Shown here: positions 18,295-27,933 of the stretch, one piece after another
Position numbering within the stretch: the first letter of the stretch is position 1
Layout: each line of letters starts with the position of its first letter
Source of the DNA: Polyangia bacterium
GTDB taxonomy: Bacteria > Myxococcota_A > Polyangia > JAAYKL01
Direction of reading: 5' to 3'
NCBI GenBank assembly: GCA_050287845.1
Contig: JBNKCR010000065.1
Location: forward strand, 14,759-78,758
Length of the DNA: 64,000 nucleotides
Program-made: the position numbers and the translations under genes
Notes under the pieces: generated by a model
Database searches by the model: none
Told to the model about the DNA's origin: nothing
What the model saw: the letters and a program-made list of their open reading frames with translations, nothing else

Positions 18295-19083
18295 ATGAAC
18301 CAGGTCAAACGCGCCATCAGCGTTACAGGTACGGGCATCAGCTTTGTCATCTTCATGCTGTGGGGATTTTTCCTTGGGGTATTGCTTTTTCCAATACTTC
18401 GATTCATTGAAGGAACGCGGGCCCGTGCAGCGTTTCATCGCCATATGCGCTTCACATGGCGGATATTTACGGCCATTATGCAGCTGACCGGCGGATTCCG
18501 CTCCATTCGCGTCACCGGACTCGAAAACCTGCCCCGGAACCGACCCTATCTGCTGATTGGCAATCACCTCACACTGGTGGACATTGTCGTGCTGGGTGCC
18601 CGGGTTCCGGATTTCAACTGCGTCGTGAAAATGAGCCTGTGGAATCATCCGTTCTTCGGTGCGGTGGTGAAAGCATGCAATTTCATTCCCAACATGGCCA
18701 GCGATGTATTCATTGAACAATGCCAGAAAGGGTTCGATGAAAACCGCCCCCTCATCATATTTCCCCAGGGGTCCAGAACCCCACCGGATGAACCCCTGAA
18801 ATTTCAGCGAGGCGCCGCTCAGGTGGCTGTCCGCACTGGCGTCGATGTGTACCCGGCGCTCATCAATTGCCAGCCGGTGACTCTGGCCAGAGGCATGCCG
18901 TGGTACAAAGTGCCCGCTTTCCCCAGACTGCATATTGAAATTCAGCCGGCCCTGTTGCCTCCTGATGATTTCGATCCCAATGCGCCCCCTCCCAGACAGG
19001 TCCGCCAACTCAACCAGTGGTGGGAACAATACTTCCGGAAACAACTCGCCAGACACGAAACACCTGAAACATCGACAACTTAA
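18295..19083 (+). CDS. Lysophospholipid (PlsC-type) acyltransferase (ApeD-like)
   Basis: NHLTLVD (HxxxxD), IFPQGSRT, FQRGAA, WYKVP. Confidence 0.88.
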   Translation: MNQVKRAISVTGTGISFVIFMLWGFFLGVLLFPILRFIEGTRARAAFHRHMRFTWRIFTAIMQLTGGFRSIRVTGLENLPRNRPYLLIGNHLTLVDIVVLGARVPDFNCVVKMSLWNHPFFGAVVKACNFIPNMASDVFIEQCQKGFDENRPLIIFPQGSRTPPDEPLKFQRGAAQVAVRTGVDVYPALINCQPVTLARGMPWYKVPAFPRLHIEIQPALLPPDDFDPNAPPPRQVRQLNQWWEQYFRKQLARHETPETSTT

Positions 19084-19202
19084 TCCCTCGAAAAGCGTAA
19101 ACGCCAACGTTGCAAAAAATGGTGAAACATTGAATGCCGCATGCATTGGTCAGGAAGTCCATACGTCCTGAATACATTTTCGCTGACAACCTCTACCTGC
19201 GC

Positions 19203-19748
19203 CTACAGCAACATCTGCAGAGTGATTTTTTGCGATTCAAGTTCTTCAGTAAGTAGTGAACACCACTCGTCGATGACCGTCCGGTCTGCAGTGAGGCCGG
19301 CGGGAAACAGAAACGCGGTCTTGATTCGTTTACCGGTGGCCAGCCTGAGGGCACGGTCTGCGATGTGCTGCAGGGCCAGTCTATCCAGCGCGCCGACCGG
19401 GCAAATGAACATGATTTTTCGGACTGCAAAAACCGGGCTGCGCGTGGCCAGTTCGGCAACGGTGTGGTCCTGTGCCCGGGTTACCGTGGCCTGGTGATGA
19501 ATTTCAGCTGCCATCGGGCATAACATGGCCAGATTCATATTCAGCAGTACCGTCATCAAATCAGTGGGCCCCCTGCCCTGCCCGGCCAATACCATGGCCT
19601 CTGCACAAATCTGTTCGTGCAGATGCCCCAATTGGATGTCATCGGGATTCCGGGCACAGATTTCCTGCTGCGTGGATGGGGGCAGCACACTCTTTTTCAT
19701 GGTCTGCATCAGTCGGGATTTCATTTCTTCGTCCAGATTCTCATTCAT
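19203..19748 (-). CDS. Hypothetical protein
   Basis: ATG 19748 with a GGAG RBS overlaps the stop of the upstream gene. No recognisable motif. Confidence 0.6.
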   Translation of the reverse strand: MNENLDEEMKSRLMQTMKKSVLPPSTQQEICARNPDDIQLGHLHEQICAEAMVLAGQGRGPTDLMTVLLNMNLAMLCPMAAEIHHQATVTRAQDHTVAELATRSPVFAVRKIMFICPVGALDRLALQHIADRALRLATGKRIKTAFLFPAGLTADRTVIDEWCSLLTEELESQKITLQMLL

Positions 19749-20641
19749 ATATCGGCTCCTCTGGCCGTTTTCCACCGGCGATGAAACCACACCCATTGGC
19801 TCATCTGACCCCGGATACGCTGCTCCAGCTTGCGAGTGAGCAGTGCGGTGGCATCCGTTTCATCCTCCGGTAATACCACGCGTTCAATATCAATTCGATG
19901 AATTCCAACACGGGTGCGCTTTACCGTGCCCACCACTACGGGAGTACCGGTTCTGACCGCAAAGGACGCTGCGCCGCTGGGCGTGTAGGCCTCGACGCCG
20001 AAAAATGGCACAAACACACCGGGCACCCGGGTATCCTGATCAATGAGCATGCCGAGAATATGCCCACTTTTAAGTGCGCGATATAACTTTCCCACGCTGC
20101 CCCGGTCATCCCGATAGATGCCGTGCACCCCGAACCGCGTCCGCTGTCGACGGATAAACCGGGTGAATCGGGTATCATAACTTTTTTTGGCCACAGTATG
20201 AATGGGGTACCCCGCATTGGCCAGCGCAATGGCCATCAGCTCCCAGTTTCCGATATGGCCGGTCACAAATATCACGCCGCAGTTCTTTGCAATCGCCCCA
20301 TCGAGCGCCTTTTGGGATGATTCCGGAATAATCACAAGTGGCGAGTTGTTCCGTTTTCTCAGCAGCCGACATAACTCGGCAACGCTGAGGGCAAGATGGT
20401 TGAACACGCCGCGGGTGAGCTTTCGGGCGCGCTGTGACCGATGGGTGATGGCGGTACGGGCACACAGCTGGGTCATCGCGATATGGCGTTCACGACGCGC
20501 CACCAGATACGCCAGACCGCCAAGCCACCGGGCCACCACAGGGACGAAACGCCCGGGGGTGCAGCCCAGCAACAGAAGGAAGAAGCGGACAATGTAATAT
20601 ATGGCAGCATGTCGCGCTGCTCTGATTCCCCTTGAAACCAT
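19745..20641 (-). CDS. Lipid A late acyltransferase family (LpxL/HtrB-like)
   Basis: VTGHIGNWE, LIDQD, VPFFG, QWVWFHRRWK. Confidence 0.88.
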   Translation of the reverse strand: MVSRGIRAARHAAIYYIVRFFLLLLGCTPGRFVPVVARWLGGLAYLVARRERHIAMTQLCARTAITHRSQRARKLTRGVFNHLALSVAELCRLLRKRNNSPLVIIPESSQKALDGAIAKNCGVIFVTGHIGNWELMAIALANAGYPIHTVAKKSYDTRFTRFIRRQRTRFGVHGIYRDDRGSVGKLYRALKSGHILGMLIDQDTRVPGVFVPFFGVEAYTPSGAASFAVRTGTPVVVGTVKRTRVGIHRIDIERVVLPEDETDATALLTRKLEQRIRGQMSQWVWFHRRWKTARGADI

Positions 20642-20756
20642 GGAACCGGTGTATCATCAATTTTATCCCCGGTATCTTTGTTTTTTTGAAAGAACCTTTG
20701 ACATTGAAAAAAAATATCCGTTCAGTTAGCACTGCGAATAAACCCCGGAGAAATGT

Positions 20757-21404
20757 ATGAAAGAAGTTTTTGAATTCCTGAAAAATGGCGGCGTGGTAAT
20801 GATTCCAATCCTGCTTGGGTCTGTTATTGCATTGGCCATCTTCCTTGAGCGCATGTGGTCGCTGCGAAAATCCAGAATTATTCCTGCAGGTCTGATTCAG
20901 TCCGTCCTGGAACTGGCTGAGAACAAAGAGTTCAAAAAAGCGAGGGATCTGTGCCTGACCAGCAACAGCCCGACGGGACGGGTACTGCAGGCAGGGTTGG
21001 ACGCAAGACACGCCAAACGCCCGGAAATAAAGGAACGATTTGAGGAAACCGGACAGAAAGAAGTCTCCAGAATGGAACGGTTCGTTGAAGCCATGGGCAC
21101 CACCGCCAGCGTGGAACCGCTGCTGGGACTGCTGGGTACGGTAACCGGTATGATTGGCGTTTTTAAAAAGGTGGTAAATACGGCGAGTACCGGATCGGTG
21201 GACCCCGCGCAACTGGCCGGTGGAATCTGGCAGGCGCTCATCACAACCGCAGCCGGGCTCAGTGTCGCCATCATTGCGTACGTGGGATACCGCTATCTGC
21301 AATCCAAGAGTCAGCGCCGTATCATGGAAATGGAAGAAGGGGCAATGGCGCTTCTCGAACTGCTGCGCCCGGTCACACCTGAGACGGAGAAACAATCCTC
21401 ATGA
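20757..21404 (+). CDS. MotA/TolQ/ExbB proton channel protein
   Basis: GGVVMIP, PLLGLLGTVTGMI, LAGGIWQALITTAAGL. Confidence 0.92.
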   Translation: MKEVFEFLKNGGVVMIPILLGSVIALAIFLERMWSLRKSRIIPAGLIQSVLELAENKEFKKARDLCLTSNSPTGRVLQAGLDARHAKRPEIKERFEETGQKEVSRMERFVEAMGTTASVEPLLGLLGTVTGMIGVFKKVVNTASTGSVDPAQLAGGIWQALITTAAGLSVAIIAYVGYRYLQSKSQRRIMEMEEGAMALLELLRPVTPETEKQSS

Positions 21405-21826
21405 ATTTTTCTTCAGGCAAAAAGAACCGGGCAATCGCCACGCTGGAGGTTACCCCTCTGGTGGACGTGGTTTTTCTGTTGCTCATTTTCTTCCTGCTCA
21501 CCGCGACATATGTGAAAAACCCCAACATTGATATTGATTTGCCCAAAGCGTCGCCCCAGGACCTGTTTCCCAAAGACAATGATATTACGGTGGCGGTCAC
21601 CAGTGACGGCACCATAAAAGTGGAAAAGAATGTGGTCACCATGGAGAAACTGTCCACGTATCTGAAAAAGCGACTGAAGGAATCGGGAAAGAACGCAGTG
21701 GTCATTGTGAAAGCCGACAAGGGGGCCAGGCATGGTGTGGTGGTGAGTATCATGGATTTGGCAAAAAAACTCGGTTACGGTAAACTGGCGATTGCAGTGA
21801 ACTCCACAGGCAATGAAAGTGAGTGA
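21401..21826 (+). CDS. ExbD/TolR family protein
   Basis: TPLVDVVFLLLIFF, LPKA, IVKADK...HG.VV.IMD. Confidence 0.92.
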   Translation: MNFSSGKKNRAIATLEVTPLVDVVFLLLIFFLLTATYVKNPNIDIDLPKASPQDLFPKDNDITVAVTSDGTIKVEKNVVTMEKLSTYLKKRLKESGKNAVVIVKADKGARHGVVVSIMDLAKKLGYGKLAIAVNSTGNESE

Positions 21827-22616
21827 AATGATGCGGCACGAAGAACGCCGGCGAACGTCCGTTTTCCACAGACCGTATCTCCTGTGGAAAGCAGGCACTG
21901 GATTGCCTGTGATACTTTCGGTTGTCATGTCCGTCGCGATCCTGCTGCTGTCTGCCAACGCCAGTGCCGGGAGAGTGGCGGCATTTTATCTGGAACCCCA
22001 TTTCGGCGCTGCTCGGCTCATTCTGAAAGCCGTTGAGATTGAGCGAAGCTTTGTGACCGCGGTGACCTCGGATGCATCCTATGGGCTCACGGATATTAAC
22101 CCGGAAGGGATTATTGCCCCCGTGGGCCGAATGATCAGCTACAGCGGCGGTGGCGTGGAAGCCGGGTTCACCACCGGCGTGAAGATTTCGGGGTTGAAGC
22201 TGGGGTTCACATTCACCTGGATAAACGCTTCATTCACCGGATTTTCCAAACGGTATCGATACTCACCCGAGCTCATGCGGGCACAGGGGAGAAAATATGA
22301 AGACGAGGATACACTTCCCGTTTTCCGGCTGATGGGCGCCATCAAGTACGGCGTGCCGATTATGCGTATCCTTCTTCAATTTCAGACCCGCATCGGCCGG
22401 ATGATCATTCGCGATACATCACTCATTGTGGGCCGAGCAGTTGAGGAACAGAACGGCATGACCGCAGATGTCGGCATCGAGGCCACCATGCGCCCCTCCC
22501 GTTGGATTTCGATAGGCTTTCTCGGATACGGCGGTTTCTTCGCTTTTACCGGCAAATATGAAGGCGGTATGGGCGGGGTTTTCGGCGGCAATGGCACGCT
22601 CTGTATTTATTTTTAG
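21813..22616 (+). CDS. Hypothetical exported protein, possible outer-membrane beta-barrel
   Basis: Signal-like segment ending ASA, Gly/aromatic alternating strands, C-terminal Phe (TLCIYF). True start uncertain. Confidence 0.55.
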   Translation: MKVSEMMRHEERRRTSVFHRPYLLWKAGTGLPVILSVVMSVAILLLSANASAGRVAAFYLEPHFGAARLILKAVEIERSFVTAVTSDASYGLTDINPEGIIAPVGRMISYSGGGVEAGFTTGVKISGLKLGFTFTWINASFTGFSKRYRYSPELMRAQGRKYEDEDTLPVFRLMGAIKYGVPIMRILLQFQTRIGRMIIRDTSLIVGRAVEEQNGMTADVGIEATMRPSRWISIGFLGYGGFFAFTGKYEGGMGGVFGGNGTLCIYF

Positions 22617-22710
22617 ACCGACCGCCAAATGCAGATTCTTCCCGGCCCCCGTACCTTCTCAATCCAAAACAATTATTTTGCGAAGTTGAATGATTTTGTA
22701 TGCTTGCGAT

Positions 22711-22739
22711 GTGACTTTTCACTTTAACTGATGTAGAAT
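22711..22739 (+). promoter_or_regulatory. Candidate sigma70 promoter
   Basis: GTGACT-N17-TAGAAT about 100 bp upstream of the AAGGAG RBS/ATG at 22838. Confidence 0.35.
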
Positions 22740-22837
22740 CCTCAATGCTTCAGATTTGCAGGCGATTGCGGATACTGGGGCACCCTCGTTTTTTGAAATT
22801 AAAGATGTATGCAGGATAAATGTGAAGGAGTCTAAAT

Positions 22838-25210
22838 ATGTCAAAAACCATTCTCGCATTCGAACCGGATGAGGAATACACGGGCCTGATCAAAGCCGCG
22901 TATGAACCCAAAGGGTACAGTGTGGAAATCGTCGTCGACGCAGCGGAAGGTCTGGCGTATGCAGACGCGCATTCCCCGGAATTGATATATCTCAGCATCG
23001 AGTTGCCGCAGACCAGTGGGTTTTCCATCTGCCGAAAATTGCGGAAAAATGCTTCCACCAAATCCATTCCCCTTATTCTCGTTTCATCGGAAGTCACAGA
23101 TGAAACCTTTGACAAACACAGACGGTTGAAGGATCGCGCGGACGAGTACCTGCTGAAGCCATTTGATTCGGCAGCCCTCACCGGAGTCATCAGCAGCTTA
23201 TTGAAGCAAGCAGATGAAGCGCCGGAAATGGCAGATGAACTGTCGGGCGAGCTCCAGGATATTGAAGACTTTGACATGGAGGAAATGGACCTCGACGACA
23301 TGGACGATTCTGAGTTTGAAGAGGTTGAAGAGGTTGAAGAGTTGGTTATTGACGACAATGACAGCGGCGAAAAGGACGGTGACGATGAGGTGGTGGTGGC
23401 CGATGATGAGCAAGACGATGAAATAATTGTTGAAGACGAACCGGCCGATCTCGAAGATGTGATAGCCGTCTCTGACGCGGAGGGACGCGACGAGGAAATT
23501 GTTGTTGAGGATCACACGGGAAAAGAGAATGAGCAAATCATTGTAACCGATGATGCGTTGGAAGAAATGGTGATTGGCGAGGACTCTCGTGCGGACGGCG
23601 TCGTTGTCGGCAATGCAGACGTTTCCTCAGAGGAACTGAGGAAACTGCAATCGTCCAACGACACACTCAAATCCAGAGTGAAAGAACTGGAGGCGGCACT
23701 GGCTTCCGCGCGCGCAGAAGCAACGAGACGACCGTCGTCCATCCCGGGTTCGGCCCGGGAAACGCTGGAGCTCAGGGAGCTGCTGAACCGCAAAGACAGA
23801 GAACTCCTCGACCTCAAGGATTCAGTAAATGCGAGGGAAAAGCAGCTGCTCGACAAACAGGAGAGATTGACGGATCTGGAGCGGAAAAACGCCGATTTGG
23901 AATCCCAGAACATATCGGTGGAAATGTCTGTGCATGATTTGGAAGACAATCTGGCGGACCTCAACCGGGAAAAGGAAGCGCTGACCCGAAAAACCGAGGA
24001 ACTTCAGGGGGAACTCGTTAAACAGAACGAGAAAATCGAGAGTCTGGAAAAGGACATTCAGGGGCAGCAACAGGAAAGAACAAACGATATTGCCAGATTT
24101 GAGCGGGAAAAAGCAGATGCATTGGCCAATCTGGAGCAGGAGAAATCCAGCGAGATCGCCAGAATTGAACAGGAAAAGGCAGATGCACTGGCCAGCGCTG
24201 AACAGGAAAAAGCAGATGCATTGGCAGAGCTGACAGAGCAGAAAGAAGCGGAGAAAAAAGAAGCACTCGATGCGCTGACAGTGCAATTGACCGCTGAAAA
24301 AAACAATGCTCTGGAAGAACAGTCCGCGCAGCTGGCTGAGTCTTTCGCCAAAAAGCTCGAACAGGAGCTTGCCAGTCAGAAATTACAGCATGAAGGCGCC
24401 ATCGAAGAGATTGCGAACCGCCTGGCCGCCGAAAAAGATGAGGCGCTCACCCAGAAAGCTGATGAGCATCAGCAGAAGCTATCGCAACTGGCGGAGATCC
24501 ACACCTCCGAACTCAATGACTACAAATCCAAACTGTATGATAAAGAGGAACAACTTGGAAATCTGAAAACCCAGATTGCAGAAGCCGAAGAGAAACTGAA
24601 AATATCTCAGGCAGAGCACGATGATCTGGTCAACCGGTTCAACGGTACCGAACAGATACTGGAGCAGACCCGATCTGAGCTGACAGCAACTCAAAACAGC
24701 CTCGAAGAACTCCGCGAAGAGCACAGCCGTACACAGGAGTCGGTGCAGTCAACCCAAAGCGAGCTGGAAAGCACCCGGGAGAAACTGGCAGATACCGAAA
24801 AGGCACTGGCAGATACCGGAAACGAGTTATCGGAAACCAAAGACACGCTGGCTGCACAGAACGATAAACTCGAAAAGACGGAATCGTCACTTCAGGATGC
24901 AACAACTCGTTGCGCTGACCTTGAGAGAGAGCTTCAGGGCCGGGATTCGAGAATTTTTGACATGGAATCGACGCTGAACGCTCAGAGCACGGCTATCTCC
25001 CAGAAAAATGAATTGGCCTCCCAGGCCACAAAGACCCTTGAGACGGCGATAGTGATGCTTGGCGAACTGAAGGCCCATCAGGCCATCAGTACCAGTAGTG
25101 ACGGGAGTGAAATCTCGGGCGAAATGGAATCGGTAGTAGAAGAAGTGACTGACCTCGATGACGACATGGATGATTTGGAAGAGATCGACGAGGAAGCGTT
25201 CGACGACTGA
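22838..25210 (+). CDS. FrzS/AglZ-like pseudo-receiver plus acidic linker plus long coiled-coil protein
   Basis: Receiver fold lacking the phospho-acceptor Asp (LIYLSIELP). FDKHRRLKDRADEYLLKP resembles the FrzS His/Tyr face. Long heptad-rich C-terminal region. Confidence 0.8.
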   Translation: MSKTILAFEPDEEYTGLIKAAYEPKGYSVEIVVDAAEGLAYADAHSPELIYLSIELPQTSGFSICRKLRKNASTKSIPLILVSSEVTDETFDKHRRLKDRADEYLLKPFDSAALTGVISSLLKQADEAPEMADELSGELQDIEDFDMEEMDLDDMDDSEFEEVEEVEELVIDDNDSGEKDGDDEVVVADDEQDDEIIVEDEPADLEDVIAVSDAEGRDEEIVVEDHTGKENEQIIVTDDALEEMVIGEDSRADGVVVGNADVSSEELRKLQSSNDTLKSRVKELEAALASARAEATRRPSSIPGSARETLELRELLNRKDRELLDLKDSVNAREKQLLDKQERLTDLERKNADLESQNISVEMSVHDLEDNLADLNREKEALTRKTEELQGELVKQNEKIESLEKDIQGQQQERTNDIARFEREKADALANLEQEKSSEIARIEQEKADALASAEQEKADALAELTEQKEAEKKEALDALTVQLTAEKNNALEEQSAQLAESFAKKLEQELASQKLQHEGAIEEIANRLAAEKDEALTQKADEHQQKLSQLAEIHTSELNDYKSKLYDKEEQLGNLKTQIAEAEEKLKISQAEHDDLVNRFNGTEQILEQTRSELTATQNSLEELREEHSRTQESVQSTQSELESTREKLADTEKALADTGNELSETKDTLAAQNDKLEKTESSLQDATTRCADLERELQGRDSRIFDMESTLNAQSTAISQKNELASQATKTLETAIVMLGELKAHQAISTSSDGSEISGEMESVVEEVTDLDDDMDDLEEIDEEAFDD

Positions 25211-25222
25211 CACGAGCGCCCC

Positions 25223-25257
25223 CGAAGCATTCCCATTAAAGAGATGGGGATGCTTCG
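25223..25257. terminator. Hairpin between convergent genes (probable bidirectional terminator)
   Basis: CGAAGCATTCCCAT-7 nt loop-ATGGGGATGCTTCG; 14-bp stem with one G-U pair. Confidence 0.65.
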
Positions 25258-25632
25258 TTACCCTGGATAATACCGCGCTCGCGACAAATCATTCTCCCAC
25301 ACATCACAACATTTAACCTTGATATTCAGATGAACAGGCAGTCGTTTCTGAACTTCTTCAAAAACAACCCGGGCCAGCATTTCGGATGACGGACTATCTA
25401 CGAGAAATGCTTCCACTTCGTTCAAATGTCGATGGTCAAAAACGTCGATCGCTGCTTTCATGATGGCGTCAAGTTCGTGAAAATCCAGTAACATTCCGGA
25501 TTTATCCAGCTGTTCTCCGATCACATGAATCCGAATTCTCCAGTTGTGACCGTGGAGTCGCTCGCATTTTCCCTGGTAATTCCTCAATTGGTGTGAAGCT
25601 GAAAATGTACACTCTCTATATATTTCAAACAT
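25258..25632 (-). CDS. queD: 6-carboxy-5,6,7,8-tetrahydropterin synthase
   Basis: FSASHQL, CERLHGHNW, DHRHLNE, SSEMLA, VWE. Confidence 0.93.
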   Translation of the reverse strand: MFEIYRECTFSASHQLRNYQGKCERLHGHNWRIRIHVIGEQLDKSGMLLDFHELDAIMKAAIDVFDHRHLNEVEAFLVDSPSSEMLARVVFEEVQKRLPVHLNIKVKCCDVWENDLSRARYYPG

Positions 25633-25739
25633 TAGTACTTCCGTTGATTCGAAAAAATGATAATAGTTAACATATGAACATATTCTTTTATATTCATTGC
25701 ATTTTCAGAAATCAACGATTTCTATTCGGTTGGCACACG

Positions 25740-26423
25740 ATGAATATGTCAAAAGCGATCAAGATCATCGTCCTTACAATGTTTTTATTTCTGATTCCAA
25801 TTCTTTGTGTCACGCAAGCGCAGCAAGTGTCAACCGGTATTCTGAACATTGATTCAACACCAAGCGGAGCTGAAGTCTTTCTGGACAACAAGCTGCGGGG
25901 GACAACCCCCATCTTGCTGGAACTTCAGGCGCAACCCCATAAGGTGGTCCTCAGATACAATGGATACCAGCCGCATACAGCCAGTATCACAGTAAAAAAG
26001 GATAAAGTTGTTCGCACCCGGATAAAGTTGAAGAAAGAACCCCAACTGAAAGTCAAGCCGGCGAAATCATCCAGAAAGAAATTCGACAGGAAAAGTGCCC
26101 CCCCGACTTCGCAATCGCCCAACGCCATCCGGTTGAAAGATGGCATCCGATTGCATTCGGCCACCAACAACAGTGAGCCAGGGACTGTTTTTCTGGATAC
26201 CACGCCAACGTCACTCACAGCGGTAGTCGATGGCTACCGGATTTCGAAATCCACACCGGTTGCGTTTGACATCCGTCCCGGCATCTATGAGCTGCGATTG
26301 TATAACGATAAGCAGGAGCTCGTTTACAGCAAAACCATATTTGTTCGTTCCGGGAAAACCCTTTCGCTGGATATTGTTATTCAGAAAAAGCGGACCATCG
26401 ACTACACCGATCCGTGGCGTTAA
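25740..26423 (+). CDS. PEGA domain exported protein (two PEGA-like modules)
   Basis: Signal peptide; GILNIDSTPSGAEVFLD..GTTP...GY; second module GTVFLDTTP...DG...TP...PGIY. Confidence 0.85.
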   Translation: MNMSKAIKIIVLTMFLFLIPILCVTQAQQVSTGILNIDSTPSGAEVFLDNKLRGTTPILLELQAQPHKVVLRYNGYQPHTASITVKKDKVVRTRIKLKKEPQLKVKPAKSSRKKFDRKSAPPTSQSPNAIRLKDGIRLHSATNNSEPGTVFLDTTPTSLTAVVDGYRISKSTPVAFDIRPGIYELRLYNDKQELVYSKTIFVRSGKTLSLDIVIQKKRTIDYTDPWR

Positions 26424-26714
26424 AGACTCACGCCTTGACTGTGCTGCAAATGCTTCGAATCCAAACCTTTTTTGACTTGATTCCGCGACAGCGTTCCTGA
26501 TAGGATGCCGCGATTTCTTATCATTGACTAATTCAATGCAGGTGGAATATATATATCTATATCGACATTGCCCTGTGTACCGAGACAGGTTAATATCCAG
26601 CTCCGTATCGGTTTCATTACCCAGGAAATTTAGATCCGGGAAGCCACCGGGTACGTATTATAAGTTCAGGTCTCCCAATACAGGAAACCGCCCCATTTTC
26701 AGGAGGATAGTTTC

Positions 26715-27902
26715 GTGAGCAGTTCTGATAACGACCCCAAAAAAGCGGAAGAGATGTCCCTTGCTGAACTTCTTGACAAATCGGATGCAGCCAGCGCCCC
26801 TGCGGATGAAACTCCCCCCGAGGAATCCGATGACGACAAGTCCGGTTTAATCAATATGGCTCAGATGGCAGCGATGATTTCGTCTCCGCCGCCACAGACA
26901 ACACCGTCTCCTGATGCATTGCCTCCTGGCGCCCTATCAGACCCATCCGGTCAGGGAATGATGACCAACACCGGTGTGGCTCCAATCCAGACACAATTTG
27001 CGCCGTCCCCTGCCACCCGGTCATCCATGCCGGTCGGATCCCCTGTTTCTCCGACGTCGCAGGCCGGTCCGGACGTTTATGCGGATATCCGTTCGCCAAA
27101 GAAAAAGAGCAAAATGCCTGTTGTCGCGGTTATTTTCATCGCTCTGATTGCAGGCGGCGCAGGCGCCTATATGGCACTCACGGGCGGCCTTAAAACCGAA
27201 ACGACTCCGCAGCTGTCTGATGCCGGTTCTCCCAATGTCGCAACCAGCGTGATGACCGATGAAACCGCATCGCCTGCACCCGCGGCGCCAGATGCAGCGG
27301 GAGAAGAAGCTGCCAATGCAGTGGCCGCAGGGGATGAAGAAGAGATCGCGGCCGGCGGTGACACCGATGAAGATTACGAAATCACCGAAGAGGAAGTGGA
27401 TGATGGCAAAGGCGGTAAAAAGAAACGACGCGTCCGTCGTCTGAGACGCAAACCCAGAAAATCGACGACATCCAACGTTGTGGCAACAGCGTCGACGCCA
27501 ACCAAAAGTGCGCCCGTCCCCAAAACAACCAAATCAACCACCCAAAAACAGAGCGGCGGCGGCAACACATCGGAGCTCGACAGTCTGCTTTCCGGCAGCA
27601 GCAGTGGTAGCAGCAGCAAGGACTCCGGAGGATTGCCGGACAAGCCATCGCGGGCTCAGGTTCAGAAGGCCATGGCTTCGGTAGTGAATAAAGCGCGAAG
27701 CAGTTGCAGGAAATCCGGTTCGGGAAAAGTCAGCGTTCGAATCATCGTTGGCAGCAACGGAGTGGTCCGGGATGCTGTACCACTCGGTCCCCATGCGGCA
27801 GATTCCCTTGGTCGCTGTGTGGCAACATTTGCCAGAAAAACTGCACGTCTACCCCAGTTCCGTTCAGCGACCTTTACCTTCACGTACCCTTTTAATATTT
27901 GA
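26715..27902 (+). CDS. Bitopic membrane protein with Pro/Ser-rich linkers and a C-terminal AgmX/TonB-C-like domain
   Basis: SGLINM motif, a single TM (VVAVIFIALIAGGAGAYMAL), and C-terminal C...GKVSVRIIVGSNGVV...C...FTYPF. Confidence 0.7.
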   Translation: MSSSDNDPKKAEEMSLAELLDKSDAASAPADETPPEESDDDKSGLINMAQMAAMISSPPPQTTPSPDALPPGALSDPSGQGMMTNTGVAPIQTQFAPSPATRSSMPVGSPVSPTSQAGPDVYADIRSPKKKSKMPVVAVIFIALIAGGAGAYMALTGGLKTETTPQLSDAGSPNVATSVMTDETASPAPAAPDAAGEEAANAVAAGDEEEIAAGGDTDEDYEITEEEVDDGKGGKKKRRVRRLRRKPRKSTTSNVVATASTPTKSAPVPKTTKSTTQKQSGGGNTSELDSLLSGSSSGSSSKDSGGLPDKPSRAQVQKAMASVVNKARSSCRKSGSGKVSVRIIVGSNGVVRDAVPLGPHAADSLGRCVATFARKTARLPQFRSATFTFTYPFNI

Positions 27903-27933
27903 CAAATTTGTTCTTCGAACTTTTAGTGGCAAT

